Shown here: piece after piece, positions 44,514 through 57,940 of the stretch
Numbering within the stretch: position 1 is the first letter of the stretch
How the letters are laid out: every line of letters starts with the position of its first letter
DNA from: the human T2T-CHM13v2.0 reference genome, Homo sapiens
Length of the DNA stretch: 64,000 bases
Assembly (NCBI RefSeq): GCF_009914755.1
Contig: NC_060927.1
Reading direction: 5' to 3' (one strand)
The notes under the pieces: generated by a model
Seen by the model: the letters and a program-made list of their open reading frames with translations, nothing else
What the model was told of the DNA's origin: nothing
Databases searched by the model: none
Program-made: the position numbers and the translations under genes

Positions 44514-44689
44514 GTTATCACTCCAAATTTGTTGATGGCACACAGTTTTGTGAAGTACTTATTTGTTGAGAGTTTTTCCATGAGCCGTCAATGACAGAAG
44601 TGCAGGAACTGTATTTATTTAATGTTAGCCGTGGCCAGGTATACTTCTGTGCAAACCAGGCTTTATCTTACACATAGAGTCCCTCAGGG

Positions 44690-44868
44690 GTAGAATAAAT
44701 TATTTAGAGGGTATCCGTCCAAACTGCAAAACATGAATTCCTTCTATAATATCTCTGATATATTATTATCTAGTCAGGGCTTTAGATACCCCTAATGACA
44801 GGAATCTCATTACTTCATGGAGTAGTAGAGTCCAGTCAGTAGCTTGGATGAATAGAAAGTTCTTTCTC
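44690..44868 (-). mobile_element. L3/CR1 relic
   Basis: atacccctaatgacaggaatctcattacttc...tagaaagttctttct. Confidence 0.6.
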
Positions 44869-44894
44869 AGCAAAATCACTCAGTAAGTTATTTA

Positions 44895-45745
44895 CCTCTA
44901 AGCCCTGGCAGTCACTTACGTGTTTTGTCATTATACTTTTTCCCAGAATGCTGTATAAATGAAATCAAATAGAATGTAAACCTTGTGAGACTGGCTTCTT
45001 TCAGTAGTATAACGGATTTGAGATTCATTCAAGTTGTCGAATCTATTACTTGTTTGTTCTTTTTTATTGCTGCATAGTATTCTATTGTTTGGTTATACCA
45101 CAATTTGTTTATCCACTCACCTGTCAAGTGACATTTGAGTTTTTTCTAATTTCTTTCTTTTTAAATTTTGTATGTTCAAGTGAGTTCTTGTTACGATATT
45201 TTTTTTTGTGTGATATATTACCAGTGGAAATTTTTTAAAGCTTTGGTTAAGAGCAAATTATCCCTAGAACGAATTTTATTTGCTTCAGACAATGAGCTCA
45301 CCTGACGGCTAGCTTTTGAGCTATAAATTCTGGTCATTTAATTTTCTTGGTGACAATATTTCAGCAAGATAACCTTCCTTGAAGCCCCCTAATAGCACAT
45401 TTCCCCCACATTTACCTATTTACTGAAGGTATAGTTCTTTGGGTTATGGCTTTATGGGGTGGGTCCAGCATAAAACCTTTGGTGTCCCTGAATATGGTCT
45501 TTTGAGTTCAGCAGGAACGTAAAAACCAATGGTCAATTTCCACAAATAATTGCCCTTAGGTTGAATACTGGCTTCAGTGTTCTACTTGTGTTCATTTAGG
45601 TTTTACCCTCAGTATTCCTTATTTTCTTGCTAGATTATCTTTGCATTTAAGAAGATTTTAAAGTATTTATAGGCATTTTGGTTATTTTTAGTAGGACAGA
45701 CATTGAGATTATTTGTCTACCACATTCCTGGAAATAAAACATTTT
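44895..45745 (-). mobile_element. L1ME/MC fragments
   Basis: ctggcttctttcag; ttgagattcattcaagttg; ataccacaatttgtttatccactcacctg. Confidence 0.65.
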
Positions 45746-47449
45746 CTGCACTAGATTGCAATTCAACTAGATCTAAATTAAAATAAAGTATATTGAATAC
45801 ATATGATGTAATAGGAGAGGTTGAGACCAAGATTGTGGCCTAGTATATTTATTGCTTTGGTAATTGAGGATGAAGAAATTATGTACTCTCTTTGGACCTG
45901 TTTCGTTATTTATGCAATAGTAGTGCCTTGGATCACTTCTGTGTCTTTAAAGTGCTTTGATGATTTCCACGTTTTGGAGGTGATTATCCAAGTTTCTTCC
46001 AAGCCAATTTCTGTTATCATGACCGCCTTTTGTACAGTCTATGTTCAAGGTATTTCAGCGTCTCAGCTACTGTAATCAGAAGGATGCTGAACAATGCCCT
46101 GTTGAATATTTTCCAGGCAGAGTTTTGATTGTAAAGAGTAAAATGATTCAGTATAACTTGATCACATTATTCAGGCAGGAGAGAGTGTAATCATCTGAAG
46201 GGCTTGTTACTAGTGTATCTAAAAGTAATAGCCCAGCACTGCAAGTATAATTCACTGCACGCAGATTCAGGAGGCCAACAGCAGTCATGGGTGTATTCAC
46301 TGGCTCTGATATGTGTGTGTGTTTATGTGTTTCTTGGTATCTGTCAGTAATACAGGATGGTGGTATTTTTTTTCCAAAAGGAAATTTTTGTTTTCTACCT
46401 AAGAGAACAACCCACTTATTTAAAAAGCAGTAATTGCCCACTTGTATAGTATACAACATCCATGTTGAAATTATGTGATTCTGCATCCTGAATCAGAAGA
46501 TGCTTAGAGATGATCTAGTCAAGTTGCATGTTAACTTTTATAGCTATAGATGCTTTTTTTTTCCAGAAAAAAGACTTAGAATCCCAATATATAAAACGTA
46601 TTAAATTAACATTTTACATACCTTTTCTGACAATAAATGTATACTTCACAAAAATTAACATTTTAATAGGATAAACTTACAAATCCAAGTATAATAACAT
46701 TTGTTTAGTATGATATTAATATGTGAGGTCATTTTGATGAAACACATTTAAAACTCAAAAATTTGAAATCAGTACTTCATTTGTTCAACAAGTATCTCCT
46801 GATTTTCTATTTGGTGTGAGACACTGCTAAGGGACTGTGTTTTCCATATGGATTCCAGGGGTTGTGAATGACAATCACAGCCTTGTATCAGTCAGAGCAT
46901 CTACGAAATTAGAAATTTTTTTCTCCTCAAATACATGTTTACAATACAAATTAAAATTTTGCAGAACCCTCGAAGCATCTACAGGGGGTACTACACAGAA
47001 CACAGTTAATTTAATCCCATGATTTTACAGAAGAGATGAAAAGGGGACTGAAAGAGTTAATTGTTTGCTCAGATCAGGGAGGTAAAGTAACATCTGTCGT
47101 GTGCCTACTAAGTGCTGAAGGTGAGAGGTATTCCAAAGACCCAGCCCAGTGTAGTTGTGAAATTTACCTAATCTTTGTAATACTATTGATTTGATGTCAT
47201 TATCCTTCTATTATTATTGATACTATCATCCTCCTATTATAGAGGAGAAAACTGAGGTACTTTGAGGCTAAAAAGGTAGGCAGCAGCCAATTAACAAACG
47301 CTTTATTATCCACAGTGATGGCTTTGGTTATCAATTTAAGTAGGATTGATTTGATTGGTGTGTGTTTTAAATGTTATGTTATATAAACTTTCTATGTATT
47401 ACTTTATAACTTTCAAAAAAAAACTGAAAGCAGTAGATAAAATTCCCTC

Positions 47450-47605
47450 ATTACCATATTACAAATGAGCAAATGAGAAAATTGAGGCCCAGTGAAGTTT
47501 CATAACTTGGCCTAGGAAGTACATGGTGGGGAGGAAGTGGCAGAGCTGGGATTCGAACCCAGGTGGTCTATCTGAAGAAGTCTGTTCTTTTTTAGCTAAG
47601 AGTGG
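47450..47605 (-). mobile_element. MIR
   Basis: atgagaaaattgaggccc...gtggcagagctgggattcgaacccagg. Confidence 0.85.
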
Positions 47606-47611
47606 TCAATA

Positions 47612-48197
47612 CTCTGCACCAAAGACCACCAGGAACATGCCTGTGGTTCAACAAGTTGGATTTAGTTGTCATTGCAAGGGAGAAACCTCAGGGAGAACCA
47701 TGAGTTCTCTGTGCAAGAGGCTGTTAGAAGGACTTGTAAGATTGGGGTTTGTGCTAGGTGATTTGAGGAGGCTTCAGCGAGTGAAAGCTTTATTCTGGAT
47801 TGCATCCTGTCATAGAATGGGGTAATTCTGGTTGGGTTTCCTAATTTTATCTTTTTAAATAAGAGAGGAATATGGTGAGGCTTGAGTTGGAATTGGTAAA
47901 GAACGTGCAGTCATCATTCTCTGGGACACGAAGAATATGCGGCCATTTGTGTGGTTTGGACAATGCTCACATTTCATCTGTGCCAGACGTGCTAACGGAG
48001 TTGTCTTGTTTGTCTTGATTCATCATTGTCACAGAGTGGCCTTGTCTAATGCTGATGTTCTGTGAGATTGTTTATAGTCCACAGGAGAATGCTCAAGCCT
48101 GCTTGTTAGGGCCAGGCCAGCTCCTGGCAACCTGGGGCCTAGCTGATAGTGTCTGGCCGGCTCCCAGCTGTCAGGGTCTGCTTTTCTCTCTTCCACA
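47612..48197. mobile_element. Probable ERV solo LTR (family uncertain)
   Basis: ~580-bp block with LTR-like composition ending ctgcttttctctcttccaca; family not firmly recognised. Confidence 0.45.
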
Positions 48198-50225
48198 ATG
48201 TATGGCCTTTCATTCTATGTGACCTCTTTGATCTGTGTAGAGACTGAGCTGGAAGGGAGCAGTAGTGGATGGCAGGAGACTAGTTAGCAGGTCATTGCTC
48301 AAGGCCAGGAGAGAGAGCCTTATGACTTGGTGAAATGAATGGAGAAGGGCAGGTGGGCTTGAGAGCTATTTAGGAGGTAGAATTGAATGTTAGCAGGGAT
48401 CACGTATTCTCTAAGAACCGAACTGTGATATACTGGGATTGAGGCACAAAACAATCAGAGAAAACACAAAATATAGTCAACAGCCTTTTGTCATGATGGG
48501 ATAATAAGGAAGGAGTAGAAAATATCACCCACTATGAGCTCATCTTCATCTTCCCCAAATACACTCTCAGCCACTGAATTTCTGATTTCCAGAGAGGCTG
48601 AAATTTACAAAGACTTCTTCCCCTGACTCTCCCCAGTTATGTGAATTATCTTTCCAAACATCTGAGATCTCAAAAAATACTTTTTACCAGTTGAAAACCC
48701 ATCCTGTCTCTTTTTAAAATTATTGACAAAATACTCTCAGAGGGTCAGAGGCAGTTAAATTTTTGTTTGGGAATCTACCTGACATATGATCTGACCAGGA
48801 AGAGAGAAAAACGCTTTTGATGATGAGCGTAGAAGACCGTATAAGCTATGAATTGTGTGACTTGTATGTTGTGTGGAAAGGGAAATCATCCTATACAAAT
48901 GTGCCCATGTAACCAGCAAGCCTGCTTGTCTCCTTGAATGGGTCCTTTGGGATTTAAAATATCCTGCTGAATTGAAGGGGAGTTTTAATGGATTTTTTCT
49001 CAACTGCTTTCTCTACCTTGTCCTTTACTCTGAAGGCCCCATGGGGTGTGGATTCTTCAAAGGGGACAAAGTAGAGTAGTTAAGACTACACTGGGTCCTA
49101 CCTCCATATTTATGAAAGCTGGACCTCCAGAGATTTGTCAAGCCTTATATTATCATGTTTTACTTTGTCCCAAATCTAGTGTGACAGACTAGATTGAATT
49201 CTAGTGTCATAACCTTGTCAGAATTCTCATTTCAGAATCTAACCAGGATTTTAATGTAATAACTGTAGGGCTTTAAGCCACCCAATTTAAGATATAAGAC
49301 AAAAAAAATAAGGCAGACTGAATTCAAAATGTTGCCTTATTACTGCTAAAGTCAGGCAGTGGAGAGTATTCCCAATATCTGTATGCAAGTGGACTTTCTA
49401 ATGTTCAAACCCAAATTAGGCAGCCTTACCTCCCTAGTACAGCATCATGAATTTCTTTGTCTAAGAGAGGAGTGAGTGAGAGATGGGGAAGGACTGAGAG
49501 GGTTTCAGTCAAGTAAGCTCCCTTTATCTAGAGAGAAACATTAGGTGGGAGAATTGCCCCACGAATCATTAAACTGGTCAAAATTCTGTCTTACATAATT
49601 TGTGTATTCTTACATCAGCATCTAGCTTGAAACACAATATCATAAGTCATTGTGGATTCCAGCAGGAAAACCTAGCCCAGATTCTGTAGCCATAAATGCA
49701 TTCTGAAAGGAGAAAGTGTTCAGAGCTCAGAGCAGATTAAATAGTTTAAATGATGGAGACTTTTAGTCAAATAACAGTGAGAGCTCTTATTGTGTGTTGC
49801 ATTTTAGGCCTATAATTTTATGGAACCAGTGGACTTTCTTTTTTGAGGAACAGAAAAAGAAATTCCTGGTCCATGTAGATACTCATCTTTTGGTAGGCAG
49901 TAAACAAACAAAAACTAGTTTCTTCAAGTCTACTTCCTTGAGTACCTTTTCTCTTTCCTTTCCGTTCCCCTCTACTTCTTGTCTCCACTGTATGCTTTTG
50001 TCACAGCCTTATTTTCCCCGTGCAACGCTTGTCACATGCCTTTATTACATAATGAACTATTTCACCCCTGTGTTCCCCACTAGACAGTTCTTTGAGGGCT
50101 GTTTCCATATTTGATATTTATCCTGTTTGATGTTTCTCACCAGTAGCATGACTTGTATGTGTCAGTCCTCAATAAAAGTGTTTGTTTGGTCTTATTTCTG
50201 GTTGTTAGAACAGCACTTAGCATAG

Positions 50226-50615
50226 TGTCCTAGATTGGGGTCGCTGAAGATAGACTCTGAGATGGGGAGTTGCATGAAGAAAGTTTATTGAGGAGCGCTC
50301 TCCAGGGATTCCTGAGAGGATTAGACAGAAGGGTTAGCTATTCTGAAATGCAGCTGCAACTGAGGCCCATTCACGTATCTTCAGGGAAGCCCTGGGGCTG
50401 GGATGTCCATCTGGAGTTATCACGAAGTGGGGTAAGCCAGTAGCTTTTGTGTGCTCAGGAAAGCCAGCCATCAGGAGGGGGCATTAGCCTGGGTGAGGAA
50501 GTTTGCAGTGAGAGTGGCAGCAGGGAGCTGACAGCAACCAATGTCCCCAGCAGCTGGAGGATGGGGGCAAGAACCTGAGGAGGGGATGTTGGTGAGCCTC
50601 ACAGTGTCCGCTACA
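50226..50615 (-). mobile_element. ERV-L LTR16-like solo LTR
   Basis: tgtcctag...agactctgagatgg...aagtttattgaggag...ccccagcagctgg...ctaca. Confidence 0.8.
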
Positions 50616-50879
50616 TGTAATTGTCACTTTGCAAATAAATCAGACTGCCATTCAGCTAATAACTGTCGCGTAGACAGAAGCCAAGATTTTCAGACTCTCC
50701 ATTGTTCGACCGAGTGGCTCAAAGTCGTGCTTGACCCTTAAGCATCTGTAACCATGTTGGATGCCTAATGTGTCCTTAAATCATCAAGGAAATGGGTATT
50801 CGTGACACTTCTCTCTTCTTCCCTTTCAGAGGTGGCAGCTAAGGATGAATAGGTTGTAGACATGGGACTTAGATAGTAA

Positions 50880-51325
50880 CAGATAATACACAGCATTTGC
50901 TAAGTGCTAGGCATGTATAAACTCATTTATTCCCCCAACAACCCAACGTGGTAGCTATTATCTCATTTTTACAGATAAAGAAACTGAGGTACAAGTATTT
51001 AAATAATTTTCCCAAGGTGAGAGAGCAAGTAAGTGGCAGGACAAGAATTTGGATTCAGAGAGTCTGGCTCAAGTGTTTATGCTCTCAATCTTTTTTGGGG
51101 AAAAAAAATCTCTCTTTGATTTATTATGTACTTATTTTGTGCCAGACACTGTTCTTACATTTTTGCTGACCTTATCTTCCCTTCACTACAATGTTTTGGG
51201 GTAGTTTCAAATATTATTCCAATTTTAGAGGTGAGAAAATTGATGCCTATAAGGTTTATAACTTGCCCCAGTTCACATAGCTAGAAAGTCATAGAACTAG
51301 GATTTAAATCCAGAACTTACAGATC
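50880..51325 (-). mobile_element. Two adjacent MIRs
   Basis: cattttacagataaagaaactgagg; ccaattttagaggtgagaaaattgatg. Confidence 0.85.
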
Positions 51326-52847
51326 TTCAGTCTTTTTTTCTTTTCTTTTTCTTTTTTGCTAGTATATTCAGTGTTCTAGTTTCTATCTTATGATAAGAGG
51401 AGTAGAAAATCCTCATAGCAACACTTAGAGTTCCTGTAAGGCAAATGAAGTAGGATTTTGGTTGTTTACGTAGCAGGCTGACACCCCGAAAGGGTGCTTT
51501 TATTTTCATAGATCTCAACCCAAGTGGCTTTCTGTGAGAAGAAAAATAAAATCACAAGGAAATGGATGTTTATTAAACATTTAATATGTGCTTGATAACT
51601 TCGAGTTCATTATTTTATCTGCAGTGATGAATAACAGACATTAATTATTACCATATGAAAAGATTTATTAAACATTTCCCCCGTGGATTATTCATTGGAT
51701 ATCATGGACAGGGAAGGGAAGGGGGGTGTACCCCATATTCTGCACTGAGGAATGGAACTTTTTTCTGTGATTTTGCTAACAGGGCCACAGGGGGATTGAA
51801 CATTGAATCCTGCACTGCAATCTTTATAACACTGGACCTGAACCAACTGAGCTATTCACTGGTTTTGAGGGAAAAAAACATCTAAAGATCAAAACAAGTT
51901 TCTCTCAAGATGCTGGTCAGATACCCTATAAATATTTTAATTTTGTTCTGAACTTCAGAACCTCAGGTTTGAGTGTAGGATAAAGAAAATCTTGTTCTGT
52001 TGTCTTCCCTTAGGAAGTGAGAAGGAGATAGAATGTTTCTCCTGGGCTGTGAAACCAGGCAAGCACTTGTTTGATTCCTTTGCCTGGCGTTTTAGACAAG
52101 AATGAGCTGGTAGGTTATTTTACATGCGTGTGAAAAGGGAAGCTGATAAAGGTTCGTTGATTGGCCCAGGTAGAGTTCAGCTGAGGGAATGACTTTTGTG
52201 CTGACATCAAATAGCAGTGATTTCAGGTTTATGGCAGTTATCAGATATAATGATGTGGAATGAGACTGAATTGTGCTATAATGGCAATAAAAATCAATCT
52301 GGAAGGAGTGGGGCTTCCGTCTATTTTGCTGTTGCTCAGGGAGCTTGATTTTGGGCATTTGAGGCTGGTGGTCTGACTGTGAAAGATCAGATTTTGTGAT
52401 TCCTCCTAAGTGAAAAATAGGGCATCCTGGATTGATGTGGTCACATGGGAACTTGGACAATGGTAGCCGTTTCCTAGCCAGGCATCAACTCTCCCTTGCA
52501 CAATTCACGCTGAGGGTTGCCTTCTTGAGATGAGAGTTCAAGAGGGAGGGGAGAAAAGGCTTGAGCAGGCTGGAATGAACCTGCTGATATTAAAATAGAG
52601 TAGCTAGAGAGAAAAGAGAGAAAAAAATTTAAAAAATAGGATAGCTATTAACATTTTTTACGGCTATGACAGCTCTATGTTTTTGTCTACTCATAGCTTT
52701 ACTTATTTGGATATTTTGAGAATGATCTCTTATATTTTTTTACAGCGTCTTTTTGTACAGTATTGTCCCAAGAGGTGCTTTGCTTACCCAAAACAAGCAA
52801 ATAACCAAAAACAAAACTGTGGCTAAATGAGATTGAAAAATACTGTA

Positions 52848-53042
52848 CAGGTTGAGCATCCCAAATACAAAAATCTGAAATGCTCCAAAATCTGAAATGT
52901 TTTAAGTGCCAAAATGATAAAGGATTTTGGATTTTGTATTTGGGATGCTCAAAGTATAATGTAAATATTCCAAAATATAAAAATAATTTGAATCTGAAAC
53001 ACTTCTGGTCCGAAGCACTTTGGATAAGGGACACTCAAGTTG
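52848..53042. mobile_element. Tigger4 (MER46) MITE
   Basis: ta-caggttgagcatccc ... ggataagggacactcaagttg. Confidence 0.88.
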
Positions 53043-53049
53043 TTTATGA

Positions 53050-53735
53050 TGCTTCTGTGGTCTGAACGTTAATGCCCCTCCAAAATTCATTCGTTGAAAT
53101 TCTAACCCCTAAAGTGATAAGAGTACTGGGAGGTGGAGCCTTTGGGAAGATATTAGGACATGAGGGCAGAGCTTTCATGAATGGGGTTAGTGGTTATTTT
53201 TTATTTATTTATTTATTTATTTATTTTTTTGAGACGGAGTCTCGCTGTCGCCCAGGCTGGAGTGCAGTGGCGCGATCTCGGCTCACTGCAAGCTCTGCCT
53301 CCCGGGCTTCAAGCCATTCTCCTGCCTCAGCCTCCCGAGTAGCTGGGACTACAGGCGCCCGCCACCTCGCCCGGCTAATTTTTTGTATTTTTAGTAGAGA
53401 CGGGGTTTCATCGTGTTAGCCAGGATGGTCTCAATCTCCTGACCTTGTGATCCACCCAAAGTGCTGGGATTACAGGCGTGAGCCACCGCGCCCGGCCGGG
53501 GTTAGTGGTCTTATAAAAGACGCCCAAGAGAGACCCCTTGCCCATTCTACCACATGAGAACACAGCAAAAAGGCACACTCTGTGAACCAGAAAGTGAGCT
53601 TCATCAGACATTTAATCTTCCAGTTCTTTAATCTTGGACTTCCCAGCCTCCAGAATTGTGAGAAATAAATTTCTGTTGTTTATAAGCCACCTAGTTTATT
53701 GTATGTTGTTATAGCAGCCCAAATGCACTAAGATC
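53050..53735 (+). mobile_element. MaLR solo LTR (MLT1A-like) split by an Alu
   Basis: tggtctgaacgtt...ccctccaaaattcat; agaaataaatttctgttgtttataagccacc. Confidence 0.88.
53195..53497 (-). mobile_element. AluY with (TAAA)n tail
   Basis: AluY diagnostics gcaagctc, gccattctcc, ttagccaggatggtctc; CpG-rich; TSD ggggttagtggt at 53183-53194 and 53498-53509. Confidence 0.95.
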
Positions 53736-54214
53736 TCTTTCCTTTTTAAAGTTTGCCTTGCACATAAATTTATTAGAGGCCTCAAGAAGTCTTGCATTGT
53801 ATACTATGTATAAAATAAGATGTATGTAACTATCTCTGTTTAACCAGAAAATTTAAATACTTGTTTGACCATGGAGAATGCTTCCTATTACTGTCCTGTG
53901 GAGCTAGTGTTTTAGACATACATTTTTAGATATCCATTTTTTTCTAGTTACATTTAGGAAACTGCCTCATTAGCTGACAGTGACAGAGAAGAGGTGATTT
54001 CTTGGTACATGCAGGATACGAACAGGCTTAGACATTTCCCGAGTTTTGAAATCTGACTCATTTTCAGGGTTTGGAGGATGCTACCCAACGTTCAACTATG
54101 GCCACTAGTATGGGGGAAATATTGCCTACTTTGAGATATTAGAGGCTCACTAAGCTGAGCTAGAAATAGTACTCCCAAGGCAAGGGACCTGTAGTTCTAG
54201 ATCTTGATAATTTC

Positions 54215-54520
54215 CTTTTTTTTTTTTTCTTTTCTTTTTTTTTTAGACAGAGTCTTGCTCTGTCACCCAGGTTGGAGTGCAGTGGTGTGATCTCGGTTCA
54301 CCGCAACCTCCACCTCCTGGGCTCAAGTGATTCTAGTACCTCAGTCTTCTAAGCAGCTGGATTACAGGTATGTGCCACCACACCCAGCTAATTTTTGGCA
54401 TTTTCAGTAGAAACGGTTTCGCTATGTTGGTCAGGCTGGTGAACTCCTGGCCTCACGTAATCTGCCTGCCTTTGCCTCCCAGAATACTGGGATCGCAGGC
54501 ATAAGCTACTGTGCCTGGTC
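54215..54520 (-). mobile_element. AluJ/S, full length, diverged
   Basis: T-rich tail followed by reverse Alu dimer. Confidence 0.93.
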
Positions 54521-54573
54521 TCCATTTTTTTTTAAAGTCTTAATCTCACATTTAGGAAAGGAGAACTGCATAG

Positions 54574-54626
54574 CCAAAGGAGAGTGTGGGGTGAAAATGA
54601 CCAAAGGAGAGTGTGGGGTGAAAATG
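54574..54626. repeat. 27-bp tandem duplication
   Basis: ccaaaggagagtgtggggtgaaaatg(a) x2, identical over 26 bp. Confidence 0.97.
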
Positions 54627-54742
54627 GGACTCAGTGTGCGGTCCATCTTTAGGTAAAGATAAGGGGAGCCAGAGGGATAAGTAAGGGACAAGGTTTAGGA
54701 TAATTACTAGGACTTTGGAGTCTTTGCTATGGTTTTCCTTGG

Positions 54743-55356
54743 TGTGATGGTTGGTTCTGGGTTTCAACTTGACAGGATTAAAGATACTCAGAGAGCTGGG
54801 AAAGCAGTATTTATTTCCCATGTTTCAGTAGGTACTTGGCTTGTCCCTATTCTGCTGAAAGGGAAACCCAGGCAGTTTGGCATTAAACTGGAATGAATAG
54901 CCTGCTCCGGGTGTGTCTGTGAGGGTATTTCTGGAGGAGGTTGGGACTGAATGGGGGAAGATCCACCCTCAATGTGGGAGGACATGATCTAATCACCGTG
55001 AAAAAGGTGGAGGAATGGGGAATTCTTCCTCTCTCTTTCTTGGAACTGGACACCCATGTTTTCCTGCCCTTGAATGCCAGAACTCCTGATTCTCCAGCCT
55101 TTGGACTCTGGGACTCAAACTAACAGTCTCAGATAGAAAATTACACCATCAATTTCCCTGGTTCTGAGGTCTCTGGACTTGGACTGAGCCATGCTGTAGG
55201 CTTTCCTGGTTCTACATTTTGCAGACATAGCCTCTTTATGGGGAACTTCTCCACTTCCCCATAATCAGTTAAGCCAATTCCCCTAATAAATCCCTCTTCA
55301 TATATCTCTCAAAATGTACTACTGGTCTCTCTCTCTGGAGAACTTGGACTAAAACA
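54743..55356 (+). mobile_element. ERV-L MLT2 solo LTR
   Basis: tgtgatggtt...tcaacttgac; gggtgtgtctgtgaggg; ccctcaatgtggg; aataaa; TSD cttgg/gttgg. Confidence 0.9.
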
Positions 55357-55613
55357 GTTGGTCAGATCTCTTTGAAGCTCTATAGCATCTTAAGAGAATG
55401 CAGAGACCTTCCAGGCTGGCTGGCACAGGACACCTTATTGTCCTCTTGTAGAACAGGAGCCTGTGGCAGCATCTGCAATATGATGTCTTAAGCTTATCTC
55501 AAAGTTTAATGCATGTTCTTTGCCAAGTCTTACATAGTTCTCAAGAGAGTCTTTATTCCATAATTTCACTGTGCAGCCTTGTCCTGCTGTGAGGCCCCTA
55601 GCTGCACGCCACC

Positions 55614-56165
55614 TGTATTAATTTGGAGGTTTTCATTTCAAGTAATCAAGATACGATTTAAACTGCCTTAAGTCCCAATCCCAAACAATAATTTAGTGGA
55701 TTACTTACAGAAAAGTTCAGGAATGTGGTTTCAGACACAGCTGGTTTCAGGGGCTCAAGCAATTTCTTCAAGTTTTGGAGTCAGTGCGTGTCTGTGAGTT
55801 TGTCTCTCTCGCTTCCCTTCGCGGTCTCTATGATTCACCTCTGCCTTCCTCTAAGCTGACTTTTGTCACCAGCAAGCCCTCTCCAGAAGACAGAAGAATT
55901 GAAACACACTTTCCCTCTCTCAAGGTCTCTAGCAAAAATATTTGAATTCAATTTCCTTGGGCCAGTTTGAGTGTATGCTTATTCCTGACTCTCTTGCTGT
56001 GGCCAGGGTGTTGGAACACATTGATTGGCTAGGCCAGGGCCACTTTCCCACTTCTGATTTGGGGGATGGAGCATAAGTTGGATGCAATGGGCTGAATGGG
56101 AGAGGTCTTTCCTTAAAGTGAAAAGGGAGCTACACTGGGAAGGGAAAAACAATAGATGTCCTTTC
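55614..56165 (-). mobile_element. Old MaLR LTR (MLT1K-like)
   Basis: tgtatta...ttcagacacagctggtttcaggggctcaa; tgattggctaggcc. Confidence 0.7.
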
Positions 56166-56359
56166 TAATAGCCTAACTGCTCTCATCAGAGGATGGGAGG
56201 TGCAGAGAGGGAAGGCAGTGCAGGGCATTTTATCAAGAGAGAAAGGATAAATCAAGGCATCTTTGTAAACGTTGCATAAAAATCGCTACAGGATAAAACC
56301 AGGGAGATGCTTGTATTTTCTTGTGTGACTCATGGTAACGTATGCTTACGGTGGCTGTA

Positions 56360-56840
56360 CTATGTTTGTGTTCTGCTATCCTCCATCCATTCTCTGATAT
56401 CTCTGTCCTGTCCAGGACTTTGGCTTCTATGGACTGTGTCACCTGGACTTCCTAGAGCTGTGACTTCCAAGAGGGTTCGGACAATGGGAGGCACCCAGAG
56501 GAGGCTGGAGGGCAGAAGAGGAGAAGTTGGAGTGTTTCTTAGCCTGATCCTTTCCTGTGCTGGGCTGCAGGTCAGCAGTGACTGCAGTTCATCAAATCGA
56601 GTCCTACCTGGGCATCCCTCTTCTTTAGTTCCAGCAACTGTATTTTGTCTCCTTGCCCCTGCAGCCTAGAGAGGTGGTTATGACATCTGGCTGCCTGCTG
56701 TTGCTGATACTGAGATTACTCATCTTTCCATTTCAATTCCCTAACCCTGCCCCAGCCCCTGTATATAGTCCCTTCCTTATGTTCTCTGTAGAATCCCGCT
56801 GATTGTGCCTTTTTCTTCTGTCTAGGTCTTGATCTTCATC
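56360..56840 (+). mobile_element. ERV-L LTR33-like solo LTR
   Basis: gggttcggacaatgggaggcacccagaggag; ccctaaccctgccc. Confidence 0.75.
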
Positions 56841-57654
56841 CATAAACAAGGCAGAGATTTTGAGAGATCTTGAAATTTGTCTCCCTCCCTTTCAGTGTCA
56901 GTAGACATAAATATCCAAACCAGTGTGTGTTTATACCTAGTAGAGGAATGGGGAGAAAAGCCTTTTGGAAGGTGTGAAGGGAACTGAGGTTATAGGATGG
57001 ACCAGTTCATAAATAAGGAGATAGGAGAGAGGGCTGTAAAACAAACACACACACACAAACTCATTCACAAATGTTGGGAAATAACACAATACTTAATCCT
57101 GAAGCATCTAGGATCCCAGCTGCTGGATGGCATCCATGTCAGGAGCTGAGAATGTTTTCCCAATTCCAATGGAAATGATCCTCTTAGTGACTGGCCCGTG
57201 GTTCTCTTTTGTTACCTAGTGTTCATCAGCCCCATATGATTAGCCTTGGCAGTTTGGAGGAGGGGCTTTAAAGACCCTAACATGAGGAATGAGGAGGAAG
57301 TGACAGCTTAAGAGGGTAGAGGCAGGAAGGAAGACTCAATGCTAGGAGGCTGTGGGGAGGAAGAGAGTGCGGAGAAAGCTAGCCAAGGAGAGAACAAGTT
57401 AAGCCTAAGCCAGGAATTGGTGGGATTCCCCTGAGGGTTCCTGTAAAAATTGAAATTTGGCTTCCACAGCAGACTTCTGATCCCAGGTTTTGTAGATGGA
57501 CCATCTGGGAGAGTATTTGAACTCACCTGGATCAGCTTATGCAACACACTGGGGTTCCTCTAGATTCTGCTGTTTATCCTGTGCCACATCAAGGACGCTC
57601 ATCAGAGGTGAGTCAAGACTACAGCTGCAGTTGGACGTGCTTTGTTAGGTGAGG

Positions 57655-57890
57655 CTGTGTAGGTAATTGAAAGGACCCTGGGGCTAGGAGTTTGAAGCTG
57701 TTGCATCTGGTTTCTAACACTCAGTTTTTGACTTGAGAATAAGTTATTTAACTTGCTGAATCTCACTGCCCTTGACCATTAAATGGAGGTAATGCCATCT
57801 CTACTGTTTTCATCATAGGGTGATTGTGAGGCATACAATCAGATTTGAACATGAAGGACTTTATTTGAAAGCTTTTAAAAACGTTAACAC
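57655..57890 (+). mobile_element. MIR
   Basis: aagttatttaact...catagggtgattgtgagg. Confidence 0.7.
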
Positions 57891-57940
57891 ATAACATAGT
57901 TTCTATTCTCTCACAGTCATTGTTTTGAGGGAAATAGATA

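Noticed and set aside
54812-54905. Apparent ~90-bp insert in the MLT2 LTR
   Set aside because: As I recall, some MLT2 subfamily consensus sequences include this segment, so it is probably not locus-specific.
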